DNA of 57,905 nt, counting the filler, from Sluysia triapertura (Eukaryota): assembly GCA_046118255.1 (NCBI GenBank). It is 4 parts of 4 records of this genome, joined end to end, with 100 filler letters (N's around TTAATTAATTAA, not from the genome) between each part and the next. Parts side by side here need not be neighbours in the genome. Positions count along the whole stretch, not along the records: positions 11,202 to 26,526 come from JBJNIA010231343.1; 3 more parts are not named here. One strand, given 5' to 3'. This document shows, one piece after another, positions 12,838 through 25,045 of this stretch (its first letter is position 1; every line of letters begins with the position of its first letter). Position numbers and translations under genes: made by a program. The notes below the pieces were generated by a model, which saw nothing but the letters and a program-made list of their open reading frames with translations, ran no database searches and was not told where the DNA came from.

Positions 12838-13379
12838 GAGTTTGACTTCATTTAAAAGAGATGTTTCAGGTGAGATATTTGCTGGAATTCTCAACATGTG
12901 TTTATAGATAGAATTTAGAGATAGAATTTAATGAATAATGAATAGACTTCATCAGCTGTGTTTCATATCTTGTGTACTATAAATATGAATGCAAATTCGA
13001 AATTTGAAATCAAATTTCGAAGATTTGTTTTAAGTCGGGCGAACGTTTTCTCCAAGGTAAAACTTGCAAATGTAAAGTTCGAACAGAAAGATACAACACA
13101 AAGTTGACTTTTATCTGGCATGTCAGGGACGTGCGTCTTATCAGACCAATAGTGGAAGCTTAGTCGTACTATTGGCTCTTGTTCAGGTCTTGCTTAATCA
13201 ATTTATTGTTATCAAAATAAGAACTTTGTATCATCTCACATTGTTTTTATTTTCTGAGCTCGATAATATGGTGTGTTATTACAAAATACAAAACTTTTGA
13301 TTATAATCTCCGGAAGTAAATAAGATACAAAATTTTCACACAAACAAAAAAGTTGCCGAAATGTTTATATAAACTGCGA

Positions 13380-13990
13380 TCTACATCAAATATCCTGTCA
13401 TTTTGTTGTAAAATGGAATTATAAGTTTTCATTAGAGCTTCTCAACAATTTATCAACAGCATTCTGAATTTCGATTGCATTTGTTGGCCTAGGTCTGATG
13501 GCCTTATACTCCAAAAATTACTCAAGTGGATTCAGCTGATGTGTATAAGGTGGAAGGATTTTAGAAGCAATTCCATTGGACGTCAAGAGTCTCAAATAGG
13601 CAGTTATCAATAACCAATAAATAGTCGCGGTGACTATTGAAGAATGGGAGTAGTTTGGATAAGCACGTTTATCTCCATCATAAGCACGTTTATCTCCATC
13701 ATGAGCACGTTTATCTCCATCATGAGCACGTTTATCTCCATCATGAGCACGTTTATCTCCATCATAAGCACGTTTACCTCCATCATGAGCACGTTTACCA
13801 TTGCATGGCAGACAATACCTCTTGCATTTACTAAATTTATAATCGATAAAACGCCTTAAACATTCAATTAAAGTTTTATCGAAATTAATAAACGTTTAAA
13901 CATTCGTGTATTCTAAATCCAAACAGAATGGACCGTGTTGTCATGTTTCTGTTTTTGTGTGCGACCAATAATGAAATTAAAATCACAAAA
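13380..13990 (-). pseudogene. IS630/Tc1-like transposase fragment
   Basis: Minus strand reads ILPPYTHQLNPLE*F (consensus LPPYSPxLNPIE). MVNV at the expected MDNV position. Boundaries approximate. Confidence 0.65.
13661..13800. repeat. 21-bp minisatellite, about 6.6 copies
   Basis: Unit (a/g)agcacgtttatctccatcat. Confidence 0.97.
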
Positions 13991-14164
13991 TTAAATTCAA
14001 AAAAACAATGAAAATTGTGTTTCTTGAAATTAATTACTGTAATAGTAAAATCAATAATAGACATTCTCAGAGGAAACAGCTGCAAAAGAAGAATTCATTC
14101 ATTGTAGACAAAATAATTGTTGTTGTTGTTGTTGTTGTTGCATGCGGTACATTTCAATAAAACC

Positions 14165-14592
14165 GATTATTAGACTAAAACAGGAAACGTATATGTTTTG
14201 GTTTTCTTAATACTTGCTACCCATAAATCAACTACCAGGAAGGAACTTACTGAAACCCTCATAAAAATTTGGCATCACGAGACCAAAAACTTGTGCCCAA
14301 TCTCATTTGTGGTATGCCTTTAAGGATCAGGAAATTATTGGATAACAAAGGAGGGCAAACAAAATATACTGATACAACAATTCGAACATATTTGATTTGC
14401 AGTAAATTTCTGTATATATTGGATCTCAGTATTTTTATCTATTATTTTACTTTCACCAGAACATATTGGAGAAAGTAGTTATTTTCCAACATTTACAACT
14501 GTTGATAAATGGCATGTATTTATACACATTTCATAGTATCCTTGAAAAATGTTGAATTTTATCACAATAATGGTCGTCTTTAGTCTAATACA
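14165..14592 (+). mobile_element. Internally deleted Tc1 element, copy 1
   Basis: KELTETLIKIW...NLICGMPLRIRKLLDNKGGQTKY matches the Tc1 C-terminus. TIR remnants attattagactaaa at the left and tttagtctaat at about 14580. Confidence 0.85.
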
Positions 14593-15544
14593 AATTGCAT
14601 AAATACATTAATAAAATATTATTGCTCACCTTATTTCTAAATCGCATTAAATTAAAGTATCACCGAAAAATAATGTCAAAAATATCAATAAGATAAAAGA
14701 ATCCATCACTCTTAATTAGCTTATAAAATGCGAATACTGACAAATACAAATAAGAGTTTGTGGCCAAAAGAAAGAATGGTACTGAAACTATTAGAAATAT
14801 ATCAGACATTCGCTGCCAACCCTAAATTCGCTTTGCAATTGTTTATCTAAGATTTATTGCTTCAAGGTAAATACACACATTTTCTCATACATAAAAATCA
14901 AACACGAGTATACTCGATATCATTTTTCTTATTTGCACACACGTTTAACCAAAAAAAACAAATGAAAGTATAAAAATACTAAAAAACGGGACACAATTTT
15001 CTGTAAATTTACAAAGGCTGCTTATTTACTAAGAGTTGACAGGATTGTGTAATATTATTGAACAATTTGACTCTGAGTTTATCTGTCCAACATTTCTCTC
15101 ATCAGTGCAAGCAGTGTATAGTTTGGTAGAGTCAGAAGTAGTACCTATCAATAAATTATTAGTTGGGAAATAAACATAACAAATTAATAAATAAAGTAGA
15201 ATTTTTGAAGAAACAATTTATTTGTAGCCCTTTTTCGAGTTTTTACACGTGTATACTTATGTTTATGGCTGCCATAAAAGGTTTGAATGCTTTCCACAAA
15301 CCGTGTAGGTTATAATATATTCGTGGTGGAAATGCGTAGATTGTGTTAAAACTCATAATGATCTTGATTCTACAAATAATTTACGTAAATGTTTAAATGA
15401 ATGGAAATTTCAAAAATAAAGATCCACAAATTAAAATCTACAAACAAACATTCTGAAAATGATTACATTAACGTGTTATCAAAAATGTTAGGTGGAAATA
15501 AAATAAAATTGTGGAAATTAATAAGCTAATACATATCAAATATG

Positions 15545-15838
15545 TACAAATTGTTGTATCAGTACTTTGTTTACCCTCCTTTGTTATCCAATAACTTCCT
15601 GATCCTTAAAGATGCATGTCATGGATAAGCTCGTCATCGTAACGCCATGATTTTATCAGGGTTTCAACAAGTTCCGTCCTAGTGGTTGATTTATGAGTAG
15701 AAACTCCCCTTTGACAAACTCCCACAGATTTTTATGTGATTCATGTTTGGAATGTTTCCAGGCCAGGTTAACAAATATTAAGAAAACCAAAGAAAAACAT
15801 ATTTTTCCTGTTTTAGTCTAATAATTTGGCCACCACTG
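15545..15838 (-). mobile_element. Internally deleted Tc1 element, copy 2 (inverted relative to copy 1)
   Basis: Minus strand begins CAGTGGTGGCCAAATTATTAGAC (Tc1-type TIR), then WPGNIPNMNH..NLWEFVK and KGG*TKY. Alignable to 14165-14385. Confidence 0.85.
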
Positions 15839-17298
15839 CAGTATATAGCATATAATATAATACTAAATAAATAATATAATAAATATAGTATAATAATGAA
15901 TATATAATAATAATAACATAGTATATTAACGCTAATATCATAAAAATGTTAATTCTCGACTTTCAGCCTATTAAATTTATTAAAAATTATGACGTGTATG
16001 TCGATGATTCTGTATAATTTGTTTCATCATAATTTATTTTAAAATATAATTCCTTTCGCCTAAATTTGTTTCGATTTGTGTTACGTAACCATCTTTATGA
16101 ATCTTTAGACGAATTCAATTTTTAGCGATTGTTTGTTTAGTTTGTTAAGTTTGCTCAGCCTGTAAAATATGTTTTTCAAGGTAAATTGATTTTTATTATT
16201 ATATTAAGTTGAATCTTAATATTTAAATTTTTCTACACATTCATTTGATCTTATTACTATTATTATAAAATCATCAAGTCGATCACTTATTGAGTATCAA
16301 AAGTATACCCACCAATCAGGTGGTAAGACAACTAAATGATGCAAACGTTAGGAATGGTATGTAGTTAAACCGAATTGATCTCACAAAATTTGAAATAGCC
16401 GCATGTGTTATTTCAAAATTTCGAAAAGAGAATAATATCATGTTCCTAATTCTTATAATGTACTGAGGAAAATATTCGTGGTATTTTATCGATTCATTAC
16501 AGAATTTCGTCGTATGAAAATCTATCTTCAATCATTTTTTTGTTAAGTGAGTTTTATAGTTGTCTTAATATTTGATCTTCAACTCGAGTTATATAAATTA
16601 TTAACTTAGTGACTTACAAATAATTTGCGAATTTCGGTTAATATATATTTCAATCTCAAAACCGAATAATGAAAATTGGGGAGAGCTTATTTCAAATCCC
16701 ATACCATACTTAAATTCTGCGCATTTCAACATTACTTTTTTCTGGGAGCAAATTAATTTTTGATCTACCCTGGAAAAAAAACAATAAACGACTTTATCAA
16801 TATTACAAAAAATTTACTAAAACTAAAATGATAAAAATAAAACATAAAAAACTTACTAAAAGTATAACATAAATTTGTTGAGGATATTTCGTAGTACTAC
16901 GGACATTTTCGGTATTATCTTTAAATCTCTCTAAATTCATCTCGAGCATAACACATTATGCATTATCTTTTCGAATGGTGTATCTTCAGATTCCACTTTA
17001 TTTGTTGTTGTTCGATGTCGTAGGCATTTTGAATTTAGCCGATAATTAAATTTACAATTCTCTATTGAACATGAATGAGTGAGAGGACAAACGGTTGTGG
17101 TATTCAATTCTTTTAATTAATTCTTCGAATATCCAGAAGTTGTCTTGTTACACGTGTAACAATATGTTATGTTGTCATAACGACCATTTAAAATCACATA
17201 AAATGCTTTAAAATCTCTAAAAACATTTTTAAAATGTTTATTTTCCGAAAAAGAAAATAAAATTTCGAAAAAAGAAAATTCTCTTCTAAAAATAGAAT

Positions 17299-17359
17299 AG
17301 AAGCTTCTAGAATGTTCTAGTATACGAACTAGCATCAGCTTAATGAGAATCGCCATTTT
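17299..17359 (+). promoter_or_regulatory. Four-unit heat-shock element, TATA-like box and CGCCATTTT
   Basis: aGAAg cTTCt aGAAt gTTCt (17299-17318), tatacgaa at 17321, CGCCATTTT 30 nt later. Confidence 0.7.
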
Positions 17360-18109
17360 ACAAATTTAATTAATCAATATTCAACGCCATTTGAAAGTGC
17401 AATTAATAATAGCTCCATCTTGAGTTTGGTAATCATTTTAACATTCTGTCATTTGGGCTTGGAATTCGTAGCAAAATCATCACAAGATTTTATTTTATTC
17501 CATGAGAGAGTAAATTATTTTGTTTTAAGTGATTTTGATTTTTCATAAGTTAAAATCGTAAACTACGCGTAAAATCAAATTTAAATCTAATATTGTAAGA
17601 ACCCTGATATATTAAGGGGAAACTTTCCACGTAAATTTTAAAAGAAAATAGATTAAATATGCCAAGAGGATTTTGATCTTAAAATAATATTCAAGTTCTA
17701 TTTTTGTTGATTATATTGTATAAATTTCGTGTCCTAGCTTATTCTGCTCTTGCATTTAATTTAATATAATTAAAACAAATGAGTTTGTCTTTCTTGTGAT
17801 ATTAACGTTAAGACCCTCTTAAAAATCATTAAGTTAGGAACGTACTAAACGTATTTTTAAGTGAATATAGTTAACTTATCAAGTTGCAGAAGCGCCAGCT
17901 ACAAGTTGTAAGATGTTTACTGTAACCGGACCTTGCTAAATTTTATTTGTCGTAGGTTTAGCTATAGGAAAATCATAGCAAATAGGACATTCACAACTAG
18001 AATTCTACTTCGTAAATCAATACTAAGTTTTCTGAATAACAGTTGCTTGGCAATAACATTTAATAAAATCAAATACTTATTCGAAGATGAATATTACTGT
18101 TGTGATGAC

Positions 18110-18369
18110 CTATTATATCCCTTGTTATTGGCTGCTATTATTATGTCCCTTGTTATTGGCTGCTATTATTACGTCCCTTGTTATTGGCTGCTATTATTAT
18201 GTCCCTTGTTATTGGCTGCTATTATTATGTCCCTTGTTATTGGCTGCTATTATTATGTCTCTTGTTATTGGCTGCTATTATTACGTCCCTTGTTATTGGC
18301 TGCTATTATTACGTCCCTTGTTATTGGCTACTATTATTACGTCCCTTGTTATTGGCTGCTGTTATTATT
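18110..18369. repeat. 28-bp minisatellite, about 9 copies
   Basis: Unit cccttgttattggctgctattatta(t/c)gt. Confidence 0.97.
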
Positions 18370-19333
18370 AGTGTTAAGATGCATCAGTAATTATCAATAA
18401 ATGTTAAGATGTTATCGATCAGTTATTAATAGAATTATTGATTATTTAACGTTTAATATCATTTTGTTAATTTAATATTTTTGGCATTAATTTAATATCT
18501 TTGGAATTAAAATATTTTTGGAATTTTATATTTTGTTAATTTTGGACTTTTATTATTTGGAATTAATTAATTTTTGAAAGTAAGAGAATATTAATATTAT
18601 TATTATTGTTAAAATATTGAAAATTATTTATTTGTTTTAAAAATAATATAACCGTTTACCTTCAAGGTCGTCTTTTTTAATATGAAAGCATTGAAATAAA
18701 GCTCCATACTCACAACTTTTTTATCGATAATTAACTATTAGTTAAATTACTTTGCGAAGATGCTGTTTTAGTATCGAATCTTAAAAGGAAATAAACTAAA
18801 GATACAAAGGAATTTTTCAAAAGCCAAGATTGATTAATTTTAATTTTGCGTCTAGAGCCAAAGTTGATTGAAGTATTCTACAACTGTGTTCAACTCTATC
18901 CAAAAATTGTATTCAATTGAGATTAGTTATGTTCAAGAAATAAAACTTGCAAAATCTGTATAAATTTTGTGTTTGTCTGTTGTGAGTTAATATAAAAATT
19001 TGCGGCTTTATGTAGTTATTTTAGGTCGACCTTGGCTTTTATTCAAATACCAAAAATATTAAATTTAAACAAATATTTTAAATAAAAATATTAAATAAAT
19101 ATTTGAATTAAATAATACTTACATTTAAAAATTGAATTAAATTAATTCCGAAATTAAACAATTAAGTTAACTTAAAAAACCAATAATAATACCAAAATAA
19201 AACAAAATCAATAACAATAATTGCAAGTCATTATCAATCAATATTCACACAATAACATATTAATCACAATATGCATCAACCACATGCACCAATTGACTTT
19301 GTTACATTGATTCTGTTTACTTTACATAAAAAT

Positions 19334-19420
19334 AGAAGCTTCTAGAACATTCCATGGATTCCCATTGGCTGATGACTAGTGTATATAAACTAGCATCAGT
19401 CGAGTGAACATCGCCATTTT
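19334..19420 (+). promoter_or_regulatory. Four-unit heat-shock element, inverted CCAAT, TATA and CGCCATTTT (YY1/Inr-like)
   Basis: aGAAg cTTCt aGAAc aTTCc (19334-19353), ATTGGCTG at about 19364, TATATAAA at 19382, CGCCATTTT at 19412. Confidence 0.8.
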
Positions 19421-20400
19421 ATTTATTTTGCGGTTGCAAATTTTTTGTTTATCGATTGATAATCAAACAATTAATAGTCATTATTGGTGGTAATATTATT
19501 CGAACAGAACTCGCTTTCCATTCCATGTTTATCATAAGTTATTTTTATTAATGTGATACTAATTAAAATTAAAATCTACTCGACCTTCCTTTTAAAGTTA
19601 TAGCAAGTTTCCTCGCAAAATCCACGTAAATTTAATTTTATTAATTAACTGTCTATTCTTTATATTGTACGTAAATTGTAAATTTTTAGATATTTTTGTG
19701 ACTTTTTGAATAAACTTATCTGAAAGTTTATAGTATCATTATTTCATTAGAATTAGAATTTTTCGATAAGTTAAGAAGTGTTTTTACGAAGTTAATTGGG
19801 CATTAGACAAGGCTCTAATTAAGGAGTATTAATATTAGCTTATATGTTTACAGGAACGCCCTCTTTACGACATAGACGTTTAGTGTAATCGGACCCTGCC
19901 CAAAAATATTTTGCCGTATTTATATTACAAACACATTATAAAAATTTTCCTTAAAATTCTTTACAAATAACAAAAGAATTTTTATAATCACTAGTTTATT
20001 ACAAAAGCTTAATTTAATATTAAAACAATAATTTTTTGTTAATCGCACACATCATCCAAATTATCGACAAACCACCAAGTTTTACTAAGAATCGTTTGAG
20101 ACAACACATTATTGAAATTTTTACTGTGACAATTTATTCTCTTTTCTAATTTTATCTTTTGCTTTTCTACATTATTTTCATCATTTTGTCAGAAATTGTA
20201 CTTGATTTTCGTATTTGTTATTTTATTTTCATTGGCTTTTACAACTTTCCAAATATTTTAAAATTACTTCACATTCGATGTTTTCTTAAATATACATATC
20301 TCATTGTTGTAACTATCAAGAAAGCACAATGGTAGAAATTTTTTGATTCGAAATAATAAGTTATAAATAAACATTACTCGCCTTTTAATATTTCTTTTAT

Positions 20401-21486
20401 TTACACATCTTCTCCTTTTATACTTTTCACGAAATACTTCTTTATATTTCTGTAATATTCGGGAAATTCTTTCGGTAACTCGAGCAATATTCCTTCTATT
20501 ATTCTCTTAAAGTACTGAAACGGATCTCCTGTGATTTTCTCCATTTCGTGCTTTATTCTTATCTTTGATTTTATCATGTTAAACATCTGCTCATTGGGAC
20601 TTAGAAACGGAGAGTGTGGAGGAAGAAACTTGATTACATGCAAAGTGGAAGTAGTTGTGAACTCGTTCTCAAAGGCATCATTATCATAGATCAAATACAT
20701 CTTCTTGTTTGGTAACTTTATCGACAAATTTGTGATAAAGTTCTGATATATTATATAGTTTACTGCACCTCTTTGTATTTCTTTGTGAACGAGTCCATTT
20801 TTCGAAATAGCTACGATGAGAGTTGTGTGAGGTAATTTCACAATGGATTTGTTGAAATTGATCGAATTTTCGTGTTTTATCCACATCTTGGGAATTGATT
20901 TCCATTGTCCAAATTTGATTTCTCCGATGTAAACACATTCACTTTCTCGCCAACATTCGTTTAGGTAATTTTCGACATACAATCGACGCTTTTCTTTAGT
21001 TTCATCTGTATTACGATAAATCAAATTTTGTTTGCAACTCTTGAAGCTAATCAGTTGACCTTCTAAATACCTCGATATTGTCGTGGTTGATAATTCCAAA
21101 CCCAAGGAGTGATTTAAAAAGTTTCTCATCATTAATAAAGTGGATGTTGGGTAATCTTCAATATACTTTAATAAAGCAGATCCTACATCGTCATTGATTT
21201 TCTGTTGTCTGTGACCTCGTGGACCTGAACTTAAACTTTTATGCTTAGAATACCTTGCCAAAATTCCTTTAACTGTCCATTTCTTCACACCAAGAATCTT
21301 ACCTACTTCGTAAGGTGACTGACCGTTCATGGATGCTTCTATTATTCTCGTTTTATCTTCATTACTAATTCTACATTGTTTAATTATTTAAAAATTAATT
21401 AAAAATTACCTATTCCTTTTATTTGAAGTACTTGGTTTTTCTGTTTTTCGATCGGTTGTTTCTGCATCGTTCGAATTATCTTGCAT
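20401..21486 (-). CDS. Spliced IS630/Tc1-like transposase-derived protein, 348 aa (exons 21486-21410 and 21370-20401)
   Basis: N-terminal HTH-like region (EVGKILGVKKWTVKGILARY; YPTSTLLMMRNFL...LSTTTISRYL) and DDE_3-like motifs YIGE, IYDN and FLPPHSPFLSPNE. A 39-nt GT-AG intron joins the upstream ATG in frame. Confidence 0.85.
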
Positions 21487-21963
21487 TAACTTCAAATTTA
21501 TTATCAAGTACACAATAGTACATTGAATTGCTATTTTTATCGTTTTTTGATTGGTTTATAAATTAGAGATTATTTAATCATACAGTAAAATTTTCTACTC
21601 CGAAGTGTGTGTATTTCATATTAAATTATTTAATGCATATAAATATGTTGGATCATAAACAGTGAAATTAAAACAATGAAAGGATAATTCTAATGACACA
21701 TGCATACAAGAATGTATTATTCAATCAATATGCACACATTCATGACTCATCACATTCTTCTACTCATCATTGTACACATGTCACAATTACTTTTAGATAA
21801 TTTTAGTAATCATTATTCACATCTACTACCACACGGTTTTTCTAGTGTCTTATGTTAAATTAAGTTTAGTTTTCTAATATAATTATAACTCTCTCCTAAC
21901 AGATTTTTTTATTTAAATTTTATTTAAAAAATTAGTTACGCAAATAAAATAAATTAAACTCAC

Positions 21964-22814
21964 CTTTCACCGTTTGGATTTGTAAGAGGTTCAAGAAACA
22001 CTAATTCCCCACAAAAACTTTCTAGCAATCGTAAGCTGCTTTTCTCGGAAGAAGACGGTAACCACTCAGCTAAACATCCATGCGCTGGACGAATACTTAA
22101 TGGTAATTGAAACTGTTGCAAAATTGAATACAAATTGTGCACTCCAGGAATACTATTTAAACCTGCCAAAGGACTTATGTAGCACTTATCATCTGGATAA
22201 ATAAATAGATTGCTTAAGTTGTTATCACAACATTGAATAAGAAACATTTCTTTTGACTTTTTTCCTTTTTGTACAAAAAATTCTTTACACTGAACAAAAT
22301 TAAGAACGGTACCAGCATTGATCGTGCCTACGTTAGAAACGCAAAGCTGGAAAGTATCATTCGAGGTTCTCCGAGGTAATAAACACTTTAGATCCTTACG
22401 AACTAAAAACGAAGAAGGTTTGCTCTTAACTATCATTTTTGTTGAAGTCCAACTTGGAGCAGTTTGACCGGATTCGTTCATTATTTCGAACCATGTTATG
22501 TTTGAAGAAGTAATAATCACATTAACGAGCTTGTTAGATCCAGCAATTAATTGGGCAGTGTTATTACTATTGTTAAATTTAGCACCGATCTTACTCCAAA
22601 TCCCACGAACTAGCGTAACCTGAGAAACACATTTGAGAGTAAGTGCTTGTTCATTTTTTAATACACATCGACAACCTTTCTTAAGGCAATGGATTTTGAC
22701 TAATAAGGATTTAGATTCTGATAGAGAACAGTATTCGTTATTTATTAATTCATTGATAGTGAACCGTTCTTTCGACCATATAATTGAATGATCACTTTTA
22801 ACAGATGAGGTCAT
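21964..22814 (-). CDS. CABIT-domain protein (Themis/GAREM/Serrano family), first exon
   Basis: WS..FTINELI, WFEIMNESG, PSSFLVR, GTVL, LIQC and PGVHNLYSILQQFQLPLSIR resemble CABIT motifs. The ORF stop lies inside a perfect AG|GTGAGT donor at 21963. Confidence 0.7.
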
Positions 22815-23959
22815 TAAGCCTTTCAGAATGTAACAGTCTGTTCGGATGACTCAAATTTGTAGAAACATATGGATAAAATTACAAACAGACGACGTTTATT
22901 CGAACTACGTAAGCATACAAACACATTAATTCGTTATTCTATATAAATTCATCAACCAATTAAAATCTATGAGGTTAGAAAATAAAATGATTAATATAGT
23001 GAAATTACAAATCAAAGTAGTCGATGTATTTCCCTTGCAATAAAACAAAAATGACCTTGAGTGGTATGAAATATTCTATATATTACTTATATATTATTGT
23101 ATAATTGCTGCATTTAAACTTTTGGATCAAATATGTCAATTTAATTTTGACAATATTACATGCTATTGTAATATAATGTATTAGTAATATATTGTGTGAA
23201 TTACATGTATATATATCAAAATGATGCACTTATTATTTCATTAAGCAAAAATTTATAGAATTATTTAAATAATTATAACATAAAATGCTATTTTTAAATA
23301 AAAAAATATGACTTATAAATACAAGCGATAGTATTACTTTTCATTTTATGCAATATATGAAAATTTATTGAAATACTTTTGTTTAATTTATTGATTTAAT
23401 ATATCTTTCTTAAATATCTAAACTCCTAAGAATATGTATAAGTTTTCTATTAATAATATTCATTAAACAAATTTTAATTGTAAAATTTAAATATTTATAT
23501 ATTCGTGAATAAATAAATAAAGTCCGATACGTGTTAAAGGTTATAATATATAAATTGTAATTTATGTATAGAAATTAAAAACCCTTTATTGTAATTAAAT
23601 TAAAATTAAAAATCAATTTAATGTAAATGTAACTTAGAAATTAAATTAGTAATTAATTATGAAATTGTGAGATTTAATGGTGTGATAAAATAATTTATAA
23701 AATGTTTGTGAGTTCACCTACGATCCTAGGCTAGTGCGTAGGATTTTAAAGAATAATAACGTGAATTTATTGAAGGTCAAACTTTGAAAAGTAATGCTAG
23801 GCGATAAAATTACAAATTTTTTAAAATGTTTCTCATTTAACTTATAATTTATTATAATTATAATTTATTTGTCACTTATTCTTATTCTTACCTTCATTAA
23901 ACTTTACTTTTCTGTCTGTACTCGGCCCTCTCGGATAATTTTGCATTTCAGTGAAATTT

Positions 23960-24921
23960 TAGTTGAAAGTTTCAGATCTTAGCTTCTTACAAGTCTTAAC
24001 ATAGTGACCCTTACTACCCACAGTGAGTATATATTACATTCCATTCTATATTTGTCTGAGTCTTATAGATATTGTTATTATTATTATTACTGAACTTAAT
24101 ACGACTGTTATTCCTAATGTTACTATCGTTATTCTATCTATCAAAATTTTCACCAACATAATTTGGCCATCTCTGTGCAGGTCTTTGTTCGTAACCATTA
24201 GAACATGTGGTTTTATTAATACTCTAAAAACCTGATACTTATTTTCTCTATAAGTAAAATTATTATCGTAATTTAATACATTATTAGTTCTAAAATTATT
24301 TCCTCTAAGATTGGGGTTAGTTGTATTAAAACTACTTACTCCGTACTCCGAATTATTATATTCAGCGATAAAATTAGAATTCTTACGTTCAAACCTTGGG
24401 GATTCAATATTCTTAAAATTTCTAACTTTATAATTACCTTCGTTATCATTTACATAGCTTATACTATCTTTTTCCTCGGCTCGAGATCTTTCGACGCCCT
24501 TCATTTCTTAAGAATATCTTTATAAAGTAAGTTATCAATTAGACTTACATGTGTTCTTAATTCTGAGATTAAGGCATTTTTATCAACTACGATATTTTCT
24601 TTTTTATCATCCGGAATTGTAGTTCTAGCTATTAAAGATTTTAATGCGCATGCGAATTCATAAATGGTTTCCTTATTTTTCTGTCTTATATTAGCATAAT
24701 ACTTACCTATATCAGTAAAAGCCTTGACAAACTTTTGGCAACTTCACTTATATCCGTTATCAATAAGTCTGGATTGTAACTCTAGTTTAATAATTTTGCA
24801 TACGTTTAATTTTTCTCGACTTCATTCCAGCCGTTTGCCTCTGCAATACTACCGTACTCGAAAAGGAAGTCTCTAAACTCTTCTATAGGTAGTATTATTC
24901 TGAGAAGTTCTAGCTAGTCAT
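23960..24921 (-). pseudogene. Retrotransposon gag pseudogene with CCHC zinc knuckle
   Basis: FRDFLFEYGSIAEANGWNE; IRQKNKETIYEFACALKSL; Asn-rich linker; YTHCG/SKGHYVKTC with a 1-nt frameshift. Confidence 0.85.
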
Positions 24922-25045
24922 TTCTTTGAGGCTTTTTCTTTTCCTTAGTAAATTCAATTAAACTTTGTCTATCTTTGGTAAAACTTATATAATAACGTTA
25001 AAACTTAAATGAAAATTTATAATTTATCAACAATAAAGATACACT

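Noticed and set aside
13637-13859. His-rich HVYLHHE repeat protein
   Set aside because: Translation of the 21-bp minisatellite on the strand opposite a transposase relic.
17933-18400. Cys/Tyr/Leu-rich ORFs in three frames
   Set aside because: By-product of a 28-bp minisatellite without stops on this strand.
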